Source: an uncultured bacterium (GTDB taxonomy: Bacteria; Acidobacteriota; Aminicenantia; Aminicenantales; Aminicenantaceae). From it: a stretch of DNA of 64,000 nt. The notes under the pieces are model-generated. The model was not told the origin of the DNA. It saw only the letters and a list, made by a program, of their open reading frames with translations, and searched no databases. Both the position numbers and the translations under genes were made by a program. Shown here piece by piece: positions 56,171 through 64,000 of this stretch; positions within the stretch are counted from its first letter, which is position 1, and each line of letters opens with the position of its first letter. Where the stretch lies: contig CBESWG010000001.1 in assembly GCA_965533275.1 (NCBI GenBank), forward strand, positions 145,388 through 209,387, read 5' to 3'.

Positions 56171-57655
56171 GTGAGAACAAAAAGCGCGCTCCTATTTATG
56201 TGTTTCAGCCTCTCCCTGCTCCCTCCTACTGGCTGCACACGCCCCAAGACTGCGAGACACAATGTCCTGTTCATTGCTGTGGATGACCTGAGGCCAGAAT
56301 TGGGGTGTTATGGGAACGATCTGATCGTGACGCCCAACCTGGACAGGCTGGCCTCTCAGGGGAGCGTTTTTACCCGGCATTTTGTGGCCACGCCGACCTG
56401 CGGAGCCTCGCGGTATGGACTTCTTACCGGACTGAGACCCAAGTCCCGTTACGACATAGGCAATGAGGCGATACGCCGGTCCCTCTCCGGGAAACCCGAA
56501 TCCGAAATACCTGAGACCTTCATTCATTTGCTGAGGCGGAACGGCTACACCACGGTTGGGATCGGAAAGATCAGCCACTACCCCGATGGGCTTCTTTACG
56601 GATATGAGGAGCAGCCGGGACTAGAGAAGGAACTCCCACACAGCTGGGATGAGATGCTCCTCGATACGGGCAAGTGGGGAACCGGCTGGAACGCATTCTT
56701 TGGTTATGCCGACGGATCCAACAGACAGAGCCGATCGAAAGAGGTCAAGCCATATGAATCTGCGCCTGTCAAGGATAACGGCTTCCCGGATGGTCTGACC
56801 GCAGATCTGGCCGTGAAGAAGCTCAGGGAACTGTCTGCCGGCCAGGATCCCTTTTTCCTGGGCGTAGGTTTTTTCAAGCCCCACCTGCCGTTTACCGCCC
56901 CAGAAAAATACTGGGATCTTTACAAAGAGTCTCAGATCCCCGTCACTCCCTCGAACTCCCTGCCGGAAAACGTGAGCCGGACGAGCCTCCATCCCAGTGC
57001 CGAACTCAACCAATACCGCCTCGGCGAGGAAAAAGCCTCCCTCGATCACCCTGTGTCGGACGCATATGCCAGGAGGCTCAGACACGCCTATTTCGCTTGT
57101 GTGAGCTATGTCGATGCTCAGATCGGCAGGATACTGGGAGAGTTGGAGCGCCTGGGGCTCGCCCAGGACACGATCGTGGTGGTCTGGGGAGACCACGGGT
57201 GGCACCTCGGCGACCACCTGGTATGGGGGAAACACACGCTTTTCGAGCGGTCTCTGCGGAGTGTTTTAATCTTCCGCGTGCCCGAATCGGGAAGGCATGG
57301 TGAATTACATGATCAGGTCGTCAGCACGCTGGATATCTACCCCACGCTGATGGACCTGTGCGGCATCGAAACCCTCCCAAAAATCGATGGGCAGAGTTTT
57401 TCCAGGCTGCTGCTTGAGGGAAGCGACAAGACCTGGAAAAACCGGGCCCACAGCTACTACCGAAACGGGATCTCACTCCGCACTCAACGCTATCGTTTGA
57501 CAAAATACTTCAGGCAAGAGCAGCCTGCGATCGAATTGTATGATCATACCCAGGATCCCTTTGAGGAACACAATGTCGCGAAGGATTTCCCGGGTATTGT
57601 CGAGGACCTTTTGCCCCTCCTTGAGAGAGGGGATACCGGTCTGTATCAAAAATGA
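56171..57655 (+). CDS. Sulfatase family protein with a variant CxAxR formylglycine motif
   Basis: Signal peptide. 'NVLFIAVDDLRPELG' and 'TCGASRYGLLTG', i.e. C-x-A-x-R rather than C-x-P-x-R. GTG start at 56171. Confidence 0.7.
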   Translation: MRTKSALLFMCFSLSLLPPTGCTRPKTARHNVLFIAVDDLRPELGCYGNDLIVTPNLDRLASQGSVFTRHFVATPTCGASRYGLLTGLRPKSRYDIGNEAIRRSLSGKPESEIPETFIHLLRRNGYTTVGIGKISHYPDGLLYGYEEQPGLEKELPHSWDEMLLDTGKWGTGWNAFFGYADGSNRQSRSKEVKPYESAPVKDNGFPDGLTADLAVKKLRELSAGQDPFFLGVGFFKPHLPFTAPEKYWDLYKESQIPVTPSNSLPENVSRTSLHPSAELNQYRLGEEKASLDHPVSDAYARRLRHAYFACVSYVDAQIGRILGELERLGLAQDTIVVVWGDHGWHLGDHLVWGKHTLFERSLRSVLIFRVPESGRHGELHDQVVSTLDIYPTLMDLCGIETLPKIDGQSFSRLLLEGSDKTWKNRAHSYYRNGISLRTQRYRLTKYFRQEQPAIELYDHTQDPFEEHNVAKDFPGIVEDLLPLLERGDTGLYQK

Positions 57656-57744
57656 TGTGACCTAACGCAGATTCGCTGGCCTGGTCTGAGAGTCTGTGTT
57701 ATATATCCATTTGAGATAGGTTGATATAAAAAAAGGGGTAGAAC

Positions 57745-59121
57745 ATGGCTACCATCCGCTATTTCGATGATGCATTCGCAAAGACCAAGCGAAAATTCCT
57801 GCGCATGAACATCGCGAACCGAATGCTGTTGGGATTCCTACCTCTCATCATCCTGACGGTGCTGGTGGCCGTTTATGCCCTCACCAGCCTGGCTCGATTG
57901 AACATGATCAACAGCAGCATCATCGAGGTGGATATCCCTCTCCTCCAGGCTATAGATGAGATGATCGAAAGGCTGTTCGATCAAGATATCCACGGGAACC
58001 ACTATGTCATCATCAGGAGCGCGCAGAATCTGGGGCTGTTCCATGAGGCCGGAAAGGATTTTAGCGACCAACTGCTGTTCATCAAGGGGCTGCCAGACTA
58101 TGACGCTGAGAGCATCGAGCGTCTGCATAAACTCCATGAGGAATACGAGACCAGGTTTGGCCGCTTGTTCGATGTGGAGGAAGATCCTACAATCGACACA
58201 AGTGAATATGAGGCCCGCATAGAGGCCACGCAGGAAGAGCTGCTGGCTTTGATCGAGACACTTTCCGAACAGGCCTCGTCCGGCCTGCGCGAAAAAACGC
58301 GAGCGGCCAAGCAGATCGGATCGTCCTCTTTACAGATATTCGCTGTATTTTGCATCATCAGCATCTTGATCGGGTCTGTCGCGGCCTTTGCCATCACAAG
58401 AAATATCTCCGGTTCGGTCATCCGGTTGAAAAACGCCACACGCGAGATCTCCAAAGGGAAATTCGACTATACACCGGAGATCGATAACCAGGACGAACTA
58501 GGGGAGCTGTCCATGGCCTTCTCTGAAATGGCCAAACGCTTAAAGCGCCTCGAGGAGATGTATCTCGATACCAGCCCCCTGACTCATCTCCCGGGAGGCA
58601 TAGCGATCGAGAATGTGCTGAAGAAAAGGATCGATACTGGGAATTTCTTCGCCTTCTGTCTGATCGACCTGGATAACTTCAAGGCCTATAACGACCACTA
58701 TGGGTATGCCAGGGGTAATCAGGTCATCAAAAACACCGCCCAAATCATAGAAAAGGCCGTCACGCAATATGACAAGGAAGAGGCGTTTTTCGGGCATATC
58801 GGGGGGGATGATTTTGTGGTGATCACATCGATCGATCGGTACGCAGTGATCTGCAAACATATTGTGCAGGAATTCGACAAGAACGTCGACGAGCTCTATG
58901 ACTCAGAGGATCTACGCCTGGGCCACATCATCCGCAAGTCACGGACGGGCGAGGAAAACAAGTTCCCTATCATGACCATATCCATAGGAGTGGTCACCAA
59001 TAAGATTCGGAAATTCAAACACTTTGTCCAGGTCGGTGAGATCGCCGCCGAGGTCAAAAATCACGCCAAATCCAAATCCGGCAGCCTGTACTATGTGGAC
59101 CGAAGACGGGGCGAGGATTAG
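57745..59121 (+). CDS. Membrane sensor with a HAMP domain and a degenerate GGDEF domain (GGDDF)
   Basis: TM helix, second TM plus HAMP, then 'LIDLDNFKAYNDHYGYARGNQV...GHIGGDDFVVI'. This follows the GGDEF fold pattern with GD changed to GN and GGDEF changed to GGDDF. Confidence 0.6.
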   Translation: MATIRYFDDAFAKTKRKFLRMNIANRMLLGFLPLIILTVLVAVYALTSLARLNMINSSIIEVDIPLLQAIDEMIERLFDQDIHGNHYVIIRSAQNLGLFHEAGKDFSDQLLFIKGLPDYDAESIERLHKLHEEYETRFGRLFDVEEDPTIDTSEYEARIEATQEELLALIETLSEQASSGLREKTRAAKQIGSSSLQIFAVFCIISILIGSVAAFAITRNISGSVIRLKNATREISKGKFDYTPEIDNQDELGELSMAFSEMAKRLKRLEEMYLDTSPLTHLPGGIAIENVLKKRIDTGNFFAFCLIDLDNFKAYNDHYGYARGNQVIKNTAQIIEKAVTQYDKEEAFFGHIGGDDFVVITSIDRYAVICKHIVQEFDKNVDELYDSEDLRLGHIIRKSRTGEENKFPIMTISIGVVTNKIRKFKHFVQVGEIAAEVKNHAKSKSGSLYYVDRRRGED

Positions 59122-59212
59122 GGCACGTTTTCTCTCTACACACAATAACAATCAAATAGCCCTTCATCCCGGACTATGGTATATAATAAAAGAGCGAAAG
59201 AACTCACGGATA

Positions 59213-59815
59213 ATGAAGGTAGGAGCCTTGACGCGCAATCTTATGCTCATTTGTGTTCTATGGACAGCGGTGATCTCTGGGACGGCATGCACGATGTCCG
59301 AGGAACCCGAGATAACACCTCCGAGTTTCAGCCAAGACCTCTCCCAGCTCGCACCGGAAGAATTTCAGGGCAAGATAGACGAGCTAGCGTCGATCGCCGA
59401 TAAACACGAAAATGCAGAAATACGCACACAGGCCCACTATTATGCCGCCCTGGCATACATGCACTACAACAATCCTTCGCCGGACTATTCCGGTGCTCTT
59501 GTCCATCTCGATGCCTTCATGGCGTCAGACTCTGAGCCCGGGCGGGATAAGAACGATGTTGCGGTTTGGCACTTCATTCTATCTCAGCTGAACATGCTGC
59601 TTTCCGAGCACGAAATGCTAAAACAAAGTTATGTGGAGCTGGAGAAAAAATATCTGGATTCGGACAGGAACAACAAGGTTTTATCCGGCCAGATGAGAAT
59701 CCTCAACCAGACCATAGAAACGCAAAAAAAGGAAATCGCGGGGCTGGAAGACAAGATCAAGAAGCTGGATGCACTCCACGCCGAGATCGAGAAAAAAAAG
59801 AAGAAAAAAGACTGA
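59213..59815 (+). CDS. Lipoprotein with a C-terminal coiled-coil (hypothetical)
   Basis: ATG 59213 gives 'MKVGALTRNLMLICVLWTAVISGTAC' (lipobox). The C-terminal part is Lys/Glu-rich with heptad-like periodicity. Confidence 0.4.
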   Translation: MKVGALTRNLMLICVLWTAVISGTACTMSEEPEITPPSFSQDLSQLAPEEFQGKIDELASIADKHENAEIRTQAHYYAALAYMHYNNPSPDYSGALVHLDAFMASDSEPGRDKNDVAVWHFILSQLNMLLSEHEMLKQSYVELEKKYLDSDRNNKVLSGQMRILNQTIETQKKEIAGLEDKIKKLDALHAEIEKKKKKKD

Positions 59816-59892
59816 CGATCCATATCGGAAGGCCAGAGATCATTTCCCCGTTCAATTGAGTGTAATCCAAAATTCCTCGGTTGCGGCATTCC

Positions 59893-59922
59893 TTGACATA
59901 ACTCGATTGTTTTGAATACAAT
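59893..59922 (+). promoter_or_regulatory. Sigma70-like promoter candidate TTGACA-N18-TACAAT upstream of the PAS histidine kinase
   Basis: Read directly: TTGACA at 59893-59898 and TACAAT at 59917-59922. Confidence 0.25.
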
Positions 59923-59930
59923 AGGCGCTT

Positions 59931-62255
59931 ATGTCATTGAGCAAAACACAGAAAACTTCCCCCATGCTAGGAGAAAGCGAAAAGATCTATCGCACCCTCA
60001 TCGAAAATGCGAACCTAGGTGTTGCAGTCATCCAGGATGGGAAAAAGGTCTATTCAAACTCCTGGCTGGCCACTCTAGCCGGCTATACGGTTGAGGAATT
60101 CCAACATATAGAGCTTGTGGAGGCCATCCATCCGGATGACCGGGAATTCACCTTCGACCGGATCCGCCAGAGACTCGAGCAGAACACCATGGACCCGGAC
60201 CTGGCGGAACTCAGGATCCTGACCAAATCTGGTGAAGCAAAGTGGATCGAGACCAACTCAACATTCATCCTATGGGACGATCGGCCGGCCATTCAGGCGT
60301 TTATTATCGACATCACCGATCGCAAGAGCGCGGAGAACGCCCTCCAGGAGGCTCACGACGAACTGGAAAAGCGGATCGACGAACGGACCTCCGAGCTGAG
60401 GCAGAAGGAGAAGATCCTGGCAGAAGCCCAACACATCGCCCGCCTGGGCAATTGGTGGTGGGACATCATCCAAGACAAAACCCACTGGTCGGAAGAGATG
60501 TTCACACTCTTCGAGGTGGATCCCGAGGAATTGCGTCCTTCCAAACAGGCATTCCTGGATTTCGTTCACCCAGACGATCTCCCCCTCGTGATCGAAAAGA
60601 TAACGACAATACTCACGCGGGGAGAATCTTTTTCCTTAGACCACCGCATCCTCCTCCCGGACGGATCAATCAAATCTGTCAACAGTAAGGCCAGGCTGGA
60701 ATATGGCCAAGAAGACAAGCCTGTCCGCCTTTTTGGAGTCGTGCAGGACATCACTCGGCGCAAGAAGACTGAAGAAGACCTTCGGATAAAAGAGAGTGCC
60801 ATCGCCTCTTCGATCAGCGGCATCGGCATGACGGATTCCCAAGGAACGCTGGTCTATGTCAACGACTCCCTCGTCAAAATGTGGGGATTCGAATCCGCTG
60901 ACGAGATCCTAGGTAGACACCTGTTCGATTTCTGGGAAGGGGACGAAGTCAAAAAGACGGCTGAGATACTGCGCACAGAAGGAAGCCGGATCGGTGAGGA
61001 CGTCGGCAAGAGGAAGGACGGTTCGTTGTTCCCGATCCAGTACTCGGCGACGCTGCAGAGGGACGAGGCCGGGAATCCCCTGTATATGTTCGGTTCCTTC
61101 ATCGACATCAGTTATAAAAAGGATGCGGATGAGAAGCTGAAAGAGAGCGAGCGCAGCCTAGCTGAGGCGCAGCGGATCGCCCGCCTAGGGAGCTGGGACT
61201 GGGACATCCCCGCGGGCAGGACACTGTGGTCTGACGAGGTGTTCCATATTTTCGGGATGAAGCCGAAAAAAACGAGTGTGAGTTCGAGGGAATTCACGGC
61301 CCGGGTGCATCCCGACGACCGTACTGCCGTGGAAGAAACGACGAGACGCGCCTTAGAAAAACCCGAAAAAGGTTTCGATCATCAGTACAGGATCGTTCGT
61401 CCTGATGGATCGATCCGCTTCGTGCATGAATACGGCCAGGTGCGTGTCGATAAAAATGGGAAGGCTGTGTTCGTGAGAGGCACGACTCAGGATATCACAG
61501 AGATCAAGGCATTGGAGGCGGAGACGCAAAAACTGCGGACGGAACTGGCCCATCTTGACCGGGTAGTGACGCTGAGCGCTTTAACTGGGGCAATGGCTCA
61601 CGAGGTCAATCAGCCACTCACCGCCATCCTGAACAATGCACAGGCAGCCCTGCGCTATCTCAACCCTGACCAGATGGATCTTGACGAGGTGAGGGAGGCA
61701 CTGAAGGACATCATCTCGGATGATAAGCGAGCGCGCGATGTGGTAACTCGGCTCCGAGCTCTTTTGAAGAAAAAGGAGGGCCTGAAGGAGCCGTTCGATC
61801 TCAACTCCACCATCCGGGAAACCGTCCGCCTGCTTCACAGCGAGATACTCCTTCGCAAAGCCTCTATCAAGGAGGATCTTTCCGAGGAACTGCCGGAAAT
61901 CAGGGGAGATCGCATCCAGATTCAGCAGGTCGTCATCAACCTGCTCATGAATGCCCTGGATGCCGTCCACGATCACCAGCCGGAATCTCGGCACATCGAA
62001 ATATCGACACACCAAGGCGAGGGTGCTGGGATCAAGGTGACGGTAAATGACAGTGGGCCCGGAATTTCACCTGAGGTCCTGGAGTCCATGTTCGAGCCCT
62101 TCTTCACGACCAAGGCCCAAGGGACCGGCTTAGGACTCACCGTGTGCCGGTCGATCGCGGCTTCCTACGGGGGCCGGCTGCAGGCGGAGAATCGCGCCGA
62201 TGGTGGTGCTTCGGTTTCCCTCTGGATTCCGTCTGGGGAGAGCGTCAGCCCATGA
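59931..62255 (+). CDS. Multi-PAS sensor histidine kinase (FixL-like)
   Basis: Several PAS/PAC blocks. H-box 'MAHEVNQPLTAI' and HATPase motifs 'NLLMNALDA', 'DSGPGI', 'GTGLGL'. Confidence 0.8.
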   Translation: MSLSKTQKTSPMLGESEKIYRTLIENANLGVAVIQDGKKVYSNSWLATLAGYTVEEFQHIELVEAIHPDDREFTFDRIRQRLEQNTMDPDLAELRILTKSGEAKWIETNSTFILWDDRPAIQAFIIDITDRKSAENALQEAHDELEKRIDERTSELRQKEKILAEAQHIARLGNWWWDIIQDKTHWSEEMFTLFEVDPEELRPSKQAFLDFVHPDDLPLVIEKITTILTRGESFSLDHRILLPDGSIKSVNSKARLEYGQEDKPVRLFGVVQDITRRKKTEEDLRIKESAIASSISGIGMTDSQGTLVYVNDSLVKMWGFESADEILGRHLFDFWEGDEVKKTAEILRTEGSRIGEDVGKRKDGSLFPIQYSATLQRDEAGNPLYMFGSFIDISYKKDADEKLKESERSLAEAQRIARLGSWDWDIPAGRTLWSDEVFHIFGMKPKKTSVSSREFTARVHPDDRTAVEETTRRALEKPEKGFDHQYRIVRPDGSIRFVHEYGQVRVDKNGKAVFVRGTTQDITEIKALEAETQKLRTELAHLDRVVTLSALTGAMAHEVNQPLTAILNNAQAALRYLNPDQMDLDEVREALKDIISDDKRARDVVTRLRALLKKKEGLKEPFDLNSTIRETVRLLHSEILLRKASIKEDLSEELPEIRGDRIQIQQVVINLLMNALDAVHDHQPESRHIEISTHQGEGAGIKVTVNDSGPGISPEVLESMFEPFFTTKAQGTGLGLTVCRSIAASYGGRLQAENRADGGASVSLWIPSGESVSP

Positions 62256-62893
62256 GCAGAATGCCCCAGCCCACGATCTATGTGGTCGATGATGACCTCT
62301 CGGTCTTAAACTCGCTCCGGCGTCTCCTGGAATCCTCAGGGCACAGAGTGGAGGTCTTCGCATCCGCTCGACTGTTTCTGGACTCCACGATTACGATCGA
62401 AGGGCCCTCCTGCCTGGTCCTCGATGTGATGATGCCCGAGATGAGCGGCCTCGATCTGCAGAAAGAGATCATCTCTCGTGAATATGCCATGCCCATCATC
62501 TTCATCACGGCCCTTCATGACATTCCCTCCAGCGTCAATGCCATGAAGAGGGGAGCCGTGGATTTCCTGACAAAACCCTTCCTTGAGAAAGATCTCCTGG
62601 ATGCGATCGAGGCTGCGCTGCATAAGGACCGCCAGCTGAAATCGGAGTGGGAGGAGATCGAAAGCATTCGGCGGCGTTTGGCACTCCTCACTCCCCGGGA
62701 GTATGAGATCCTTTCCCACGTCATTGCCGGACAGCTCAATAAGCAGATCGCCTTTGACCTGGATATCTCCGAGAGGACCGTCAAGGCTCACCGCAGCCAG
62801 ATCATGCACAAAATGAGTGCCGAATCTCTGGCAGAGCTCGTGCGGATCACCGAACGGGCGGGGATTCAGCCCGCGTACATCGTAGCCCACTGA
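62252..62893 (+). CDS. Response regulator, receiver plus LuxR-type HTH (FixJ/NarL family)
   Basis: The ATG overlaps the kinase stop (ATGA). 'IYVVDDD', 'LVLDVMMPEMSG', 'LTKP' and the C-terminal HTH 'LTPREYEILSHVIAGQLNKQIAFDLDISERTVKAHR'. Confidence 0.8.
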   Translation: MSRMPQPTIYVVDDDLSVLNSLRRLLESSGHRVEVFASARLFLDSTITIEGPSCLVLDVMMPEMSGLDLQKEIISREYAMPIIFITALHDIPSSVNAMKRGAVDFLTKPFLEKDLLDAIEAALHKDRQLKSEWEEIESIRRRLALLTPREYEILSHVIAGQLNKQIAFDLDISERTVKAHRSQIMHKMSAESLAELVRITERAGIQPAYIVAH

Positions 62894-63037
62894 TACACCA
62901 GATTCTCCCCCCCTCGTATTGTACCAAGGTACAATAGACAGGCCCTCAGCCTTTCTCTACATTAGACAAAGTTCTGATTACACCGCAAGGTATGGGAGTC
63001 ATTTGGGAGAAACAGGGTGAAAAAGCAGTCCAGTCCC

Positions 63038-63397
63038 ATGGTATATGTCGTTGATGGAGATAGCTCTGTGCGCAGGGCTATGAAGCGGCTCCTCCTGGCT
63101 TCCCACATGCATGCCAGAACATTCGCCAGCATCGATGAGCTCCTGGGAAGCAGCTTCCACGATCAAAACGGCTGCCTCATCGTCGATGTAAACGGGCTGG
63201 ACGACAGTTCGCAAGAGATTCAGGACGCCCTGGAAGCCAGGGATTTCCGGCTCCCCATCATCTTTGTGACAACGCTGGATAGCAACGAGGTTCGCGATCG
63301 CTTGAAGCGAACAGGTGCTGTCAGTTATATGAGAAAGCCGGTAGACGATCAGGCCCTTTTAGACACCATCCGCTGGGCGCTGAGCAACCAGGCTTAG
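63038..63397 (+). CDS. Stand-alone receiver (REC) domain protein, paralogous to the N-terminus of the adjacent FixJ-like regulator
   Basis: 'VYVVDGDSSVRRAMKRLL', 'CLIVDVNG' and 'YMRKP' align with the neighbouring regulator's receiver domain. No output domain. GTG 63017 is an alternative start. Confidence 0.55.
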   Translation: MVYVVDGDSSVRRAMKRLLLASHMHARTFASIDELLGSSFHDQNGCLIVDVNGLDDSSQEIQDALEARDFRLPIIFVTTLDSNEVRDRLKRTGAVSYMRKPVDDQALLDTIRWALSNQA

Positions 63398-63456
63398 GTG
63401 GGATTGATAGAGCACCCACAAGAGAACAGCCTTTTACCCTGGAGCGATTTTACTCT

Positions 63457-64000
63457 TCACTCGTATCTGAGGGAGCACACCGGATTGGATAAGGCAGCCT
63501 TCAAGATCTGGAAGCTGATGGTCAGCAGTGCAATGACAAAGGCGATTACACCGGACAGGACAAAGATCCAGGGTTGGAGGTCTACCCTGTAAGCAAAATT
63601 CTGCAGCCACTGATGCATGAGGAGATAGGACAGGGGCCATGCAAAAAGATTAGCGATGAGGACCAGGAGGGAAAACTCCCGGGAAAGGAGAAGGAAGATC
63701 CTTCCGATGGAAGCGCCGAGGACCTTGCGGATGCCGATCTCCTTGGTTCTCTGCTGCGCCATGAACAGGGCCAGGCCGAACAGACCCAGGGAGGCGATGC
63801 AGATGGCCAGCACTGAAAAGCTCGTGAAGATCTGGCCCAGCTTTTCCTCGCTCCGGTAAAGCTCATCGAAGGTCTCGTCCAGGAAGGAATATTCAAAGGG
63901 ATGCGCAGGATCCAGTCCTTTCCAGGTTCTCTCGATGTATGCCAGAGTAGTAGGGATGTCTTCGGAGCGGATCCGCAGGGCAAAGACATAGGTATTCGAG
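63457..64000 (-). CDS. MacB/FtsX-family ABC permease, C-terminal part (gene continues beyond the window end)
   Basis: Hand translation of the minus strand from 63999 gives '...PFEYSFLDETFDELYRSEEKLGQIFTSFSV-LAICIASLGLFGLALFMAQQRTKEIGIRKVLGAS...SNPVCSLRYE' with no stop. The ORF track shows only the part from an internal GTG. Confidence 0.75.
   Translation of the reverse strand, partial: SNTYVFALRIRSEDIPTTLAYIERTWKGLDPAHPFEYSFLDETFDELYRSEEKLGQIFTSFSVLAICIASLGLFGLALFMAQQRTKEIGIRKVLGASIGRIFLLLSREFSLLVLIANLFAWPLSYLLMHQWLQNFAYRVDLQPWIFVLSGVIAFVIALLTISFQILKAALSNPVCSLRYE

Noticed and set aside
1-64000. Search for CRISPR arrays, integrases, transposases, toxin-antitoxin pairs and classical defence modules
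   Set aside because: I found no direct-repeat/spacer architecture, no tyrosine or serine recombinase, no DDE transposase signatures, and no nuclease/ATPase defence pairs. The window looks like core chromosome.

Overview
This window reads as a gene-dense chromosomal segment (GC about 55%) from an uncultured, probably anaerobic bacterium. I found no integrase, transposase, CRISPR array or rRNA. It begins with a textbook housekeeping cluster: tRNA-Leu(TAG), tig, clpP, clpX, lon and rho. Next come a CBM9/DUF5916-like exported protein, two tandem secreted paralogs with a VWFA-related (TIGR03436-like) N-terminal signature, and a 1Fe superoxide reductase. On the minus strand lies a GldA/GldF/GldG-type ABC system with a DUF4340 partner. 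The middle of the window holds a ferritin-like protein, a Cys-rich protein, a long SufS-like PLP enzyme, a SurA-like PPIase, a nitroreductase and a divergent GlpX-like protein. About half the window encodes exported hydrolases: M28, three M14 and a tandem M16 peptidase, two sulfatases, a GH95 fucosidase, a class-C beta-lactamase-like hydrolase, two MacB/FtsX-type permeases and two tandem secreted arginase-fold paralogs. It ends with a HAMP protein carrying a degenerate GGDEF domain, a FixL/FixJ-like two-component pair and an orphan receiver. No canonical new defence or mobile system is visible. The most unusual features are the secreted arginase-fold pair (one with a degenerate metal site) inside a sulfatase/fucosidase locus, the tandem TIGR03436-like pair, the Cys-rich/SufS-like/ferritin-like trio, the oversized GlpX-like protein and the repeat operator upstream of sor.
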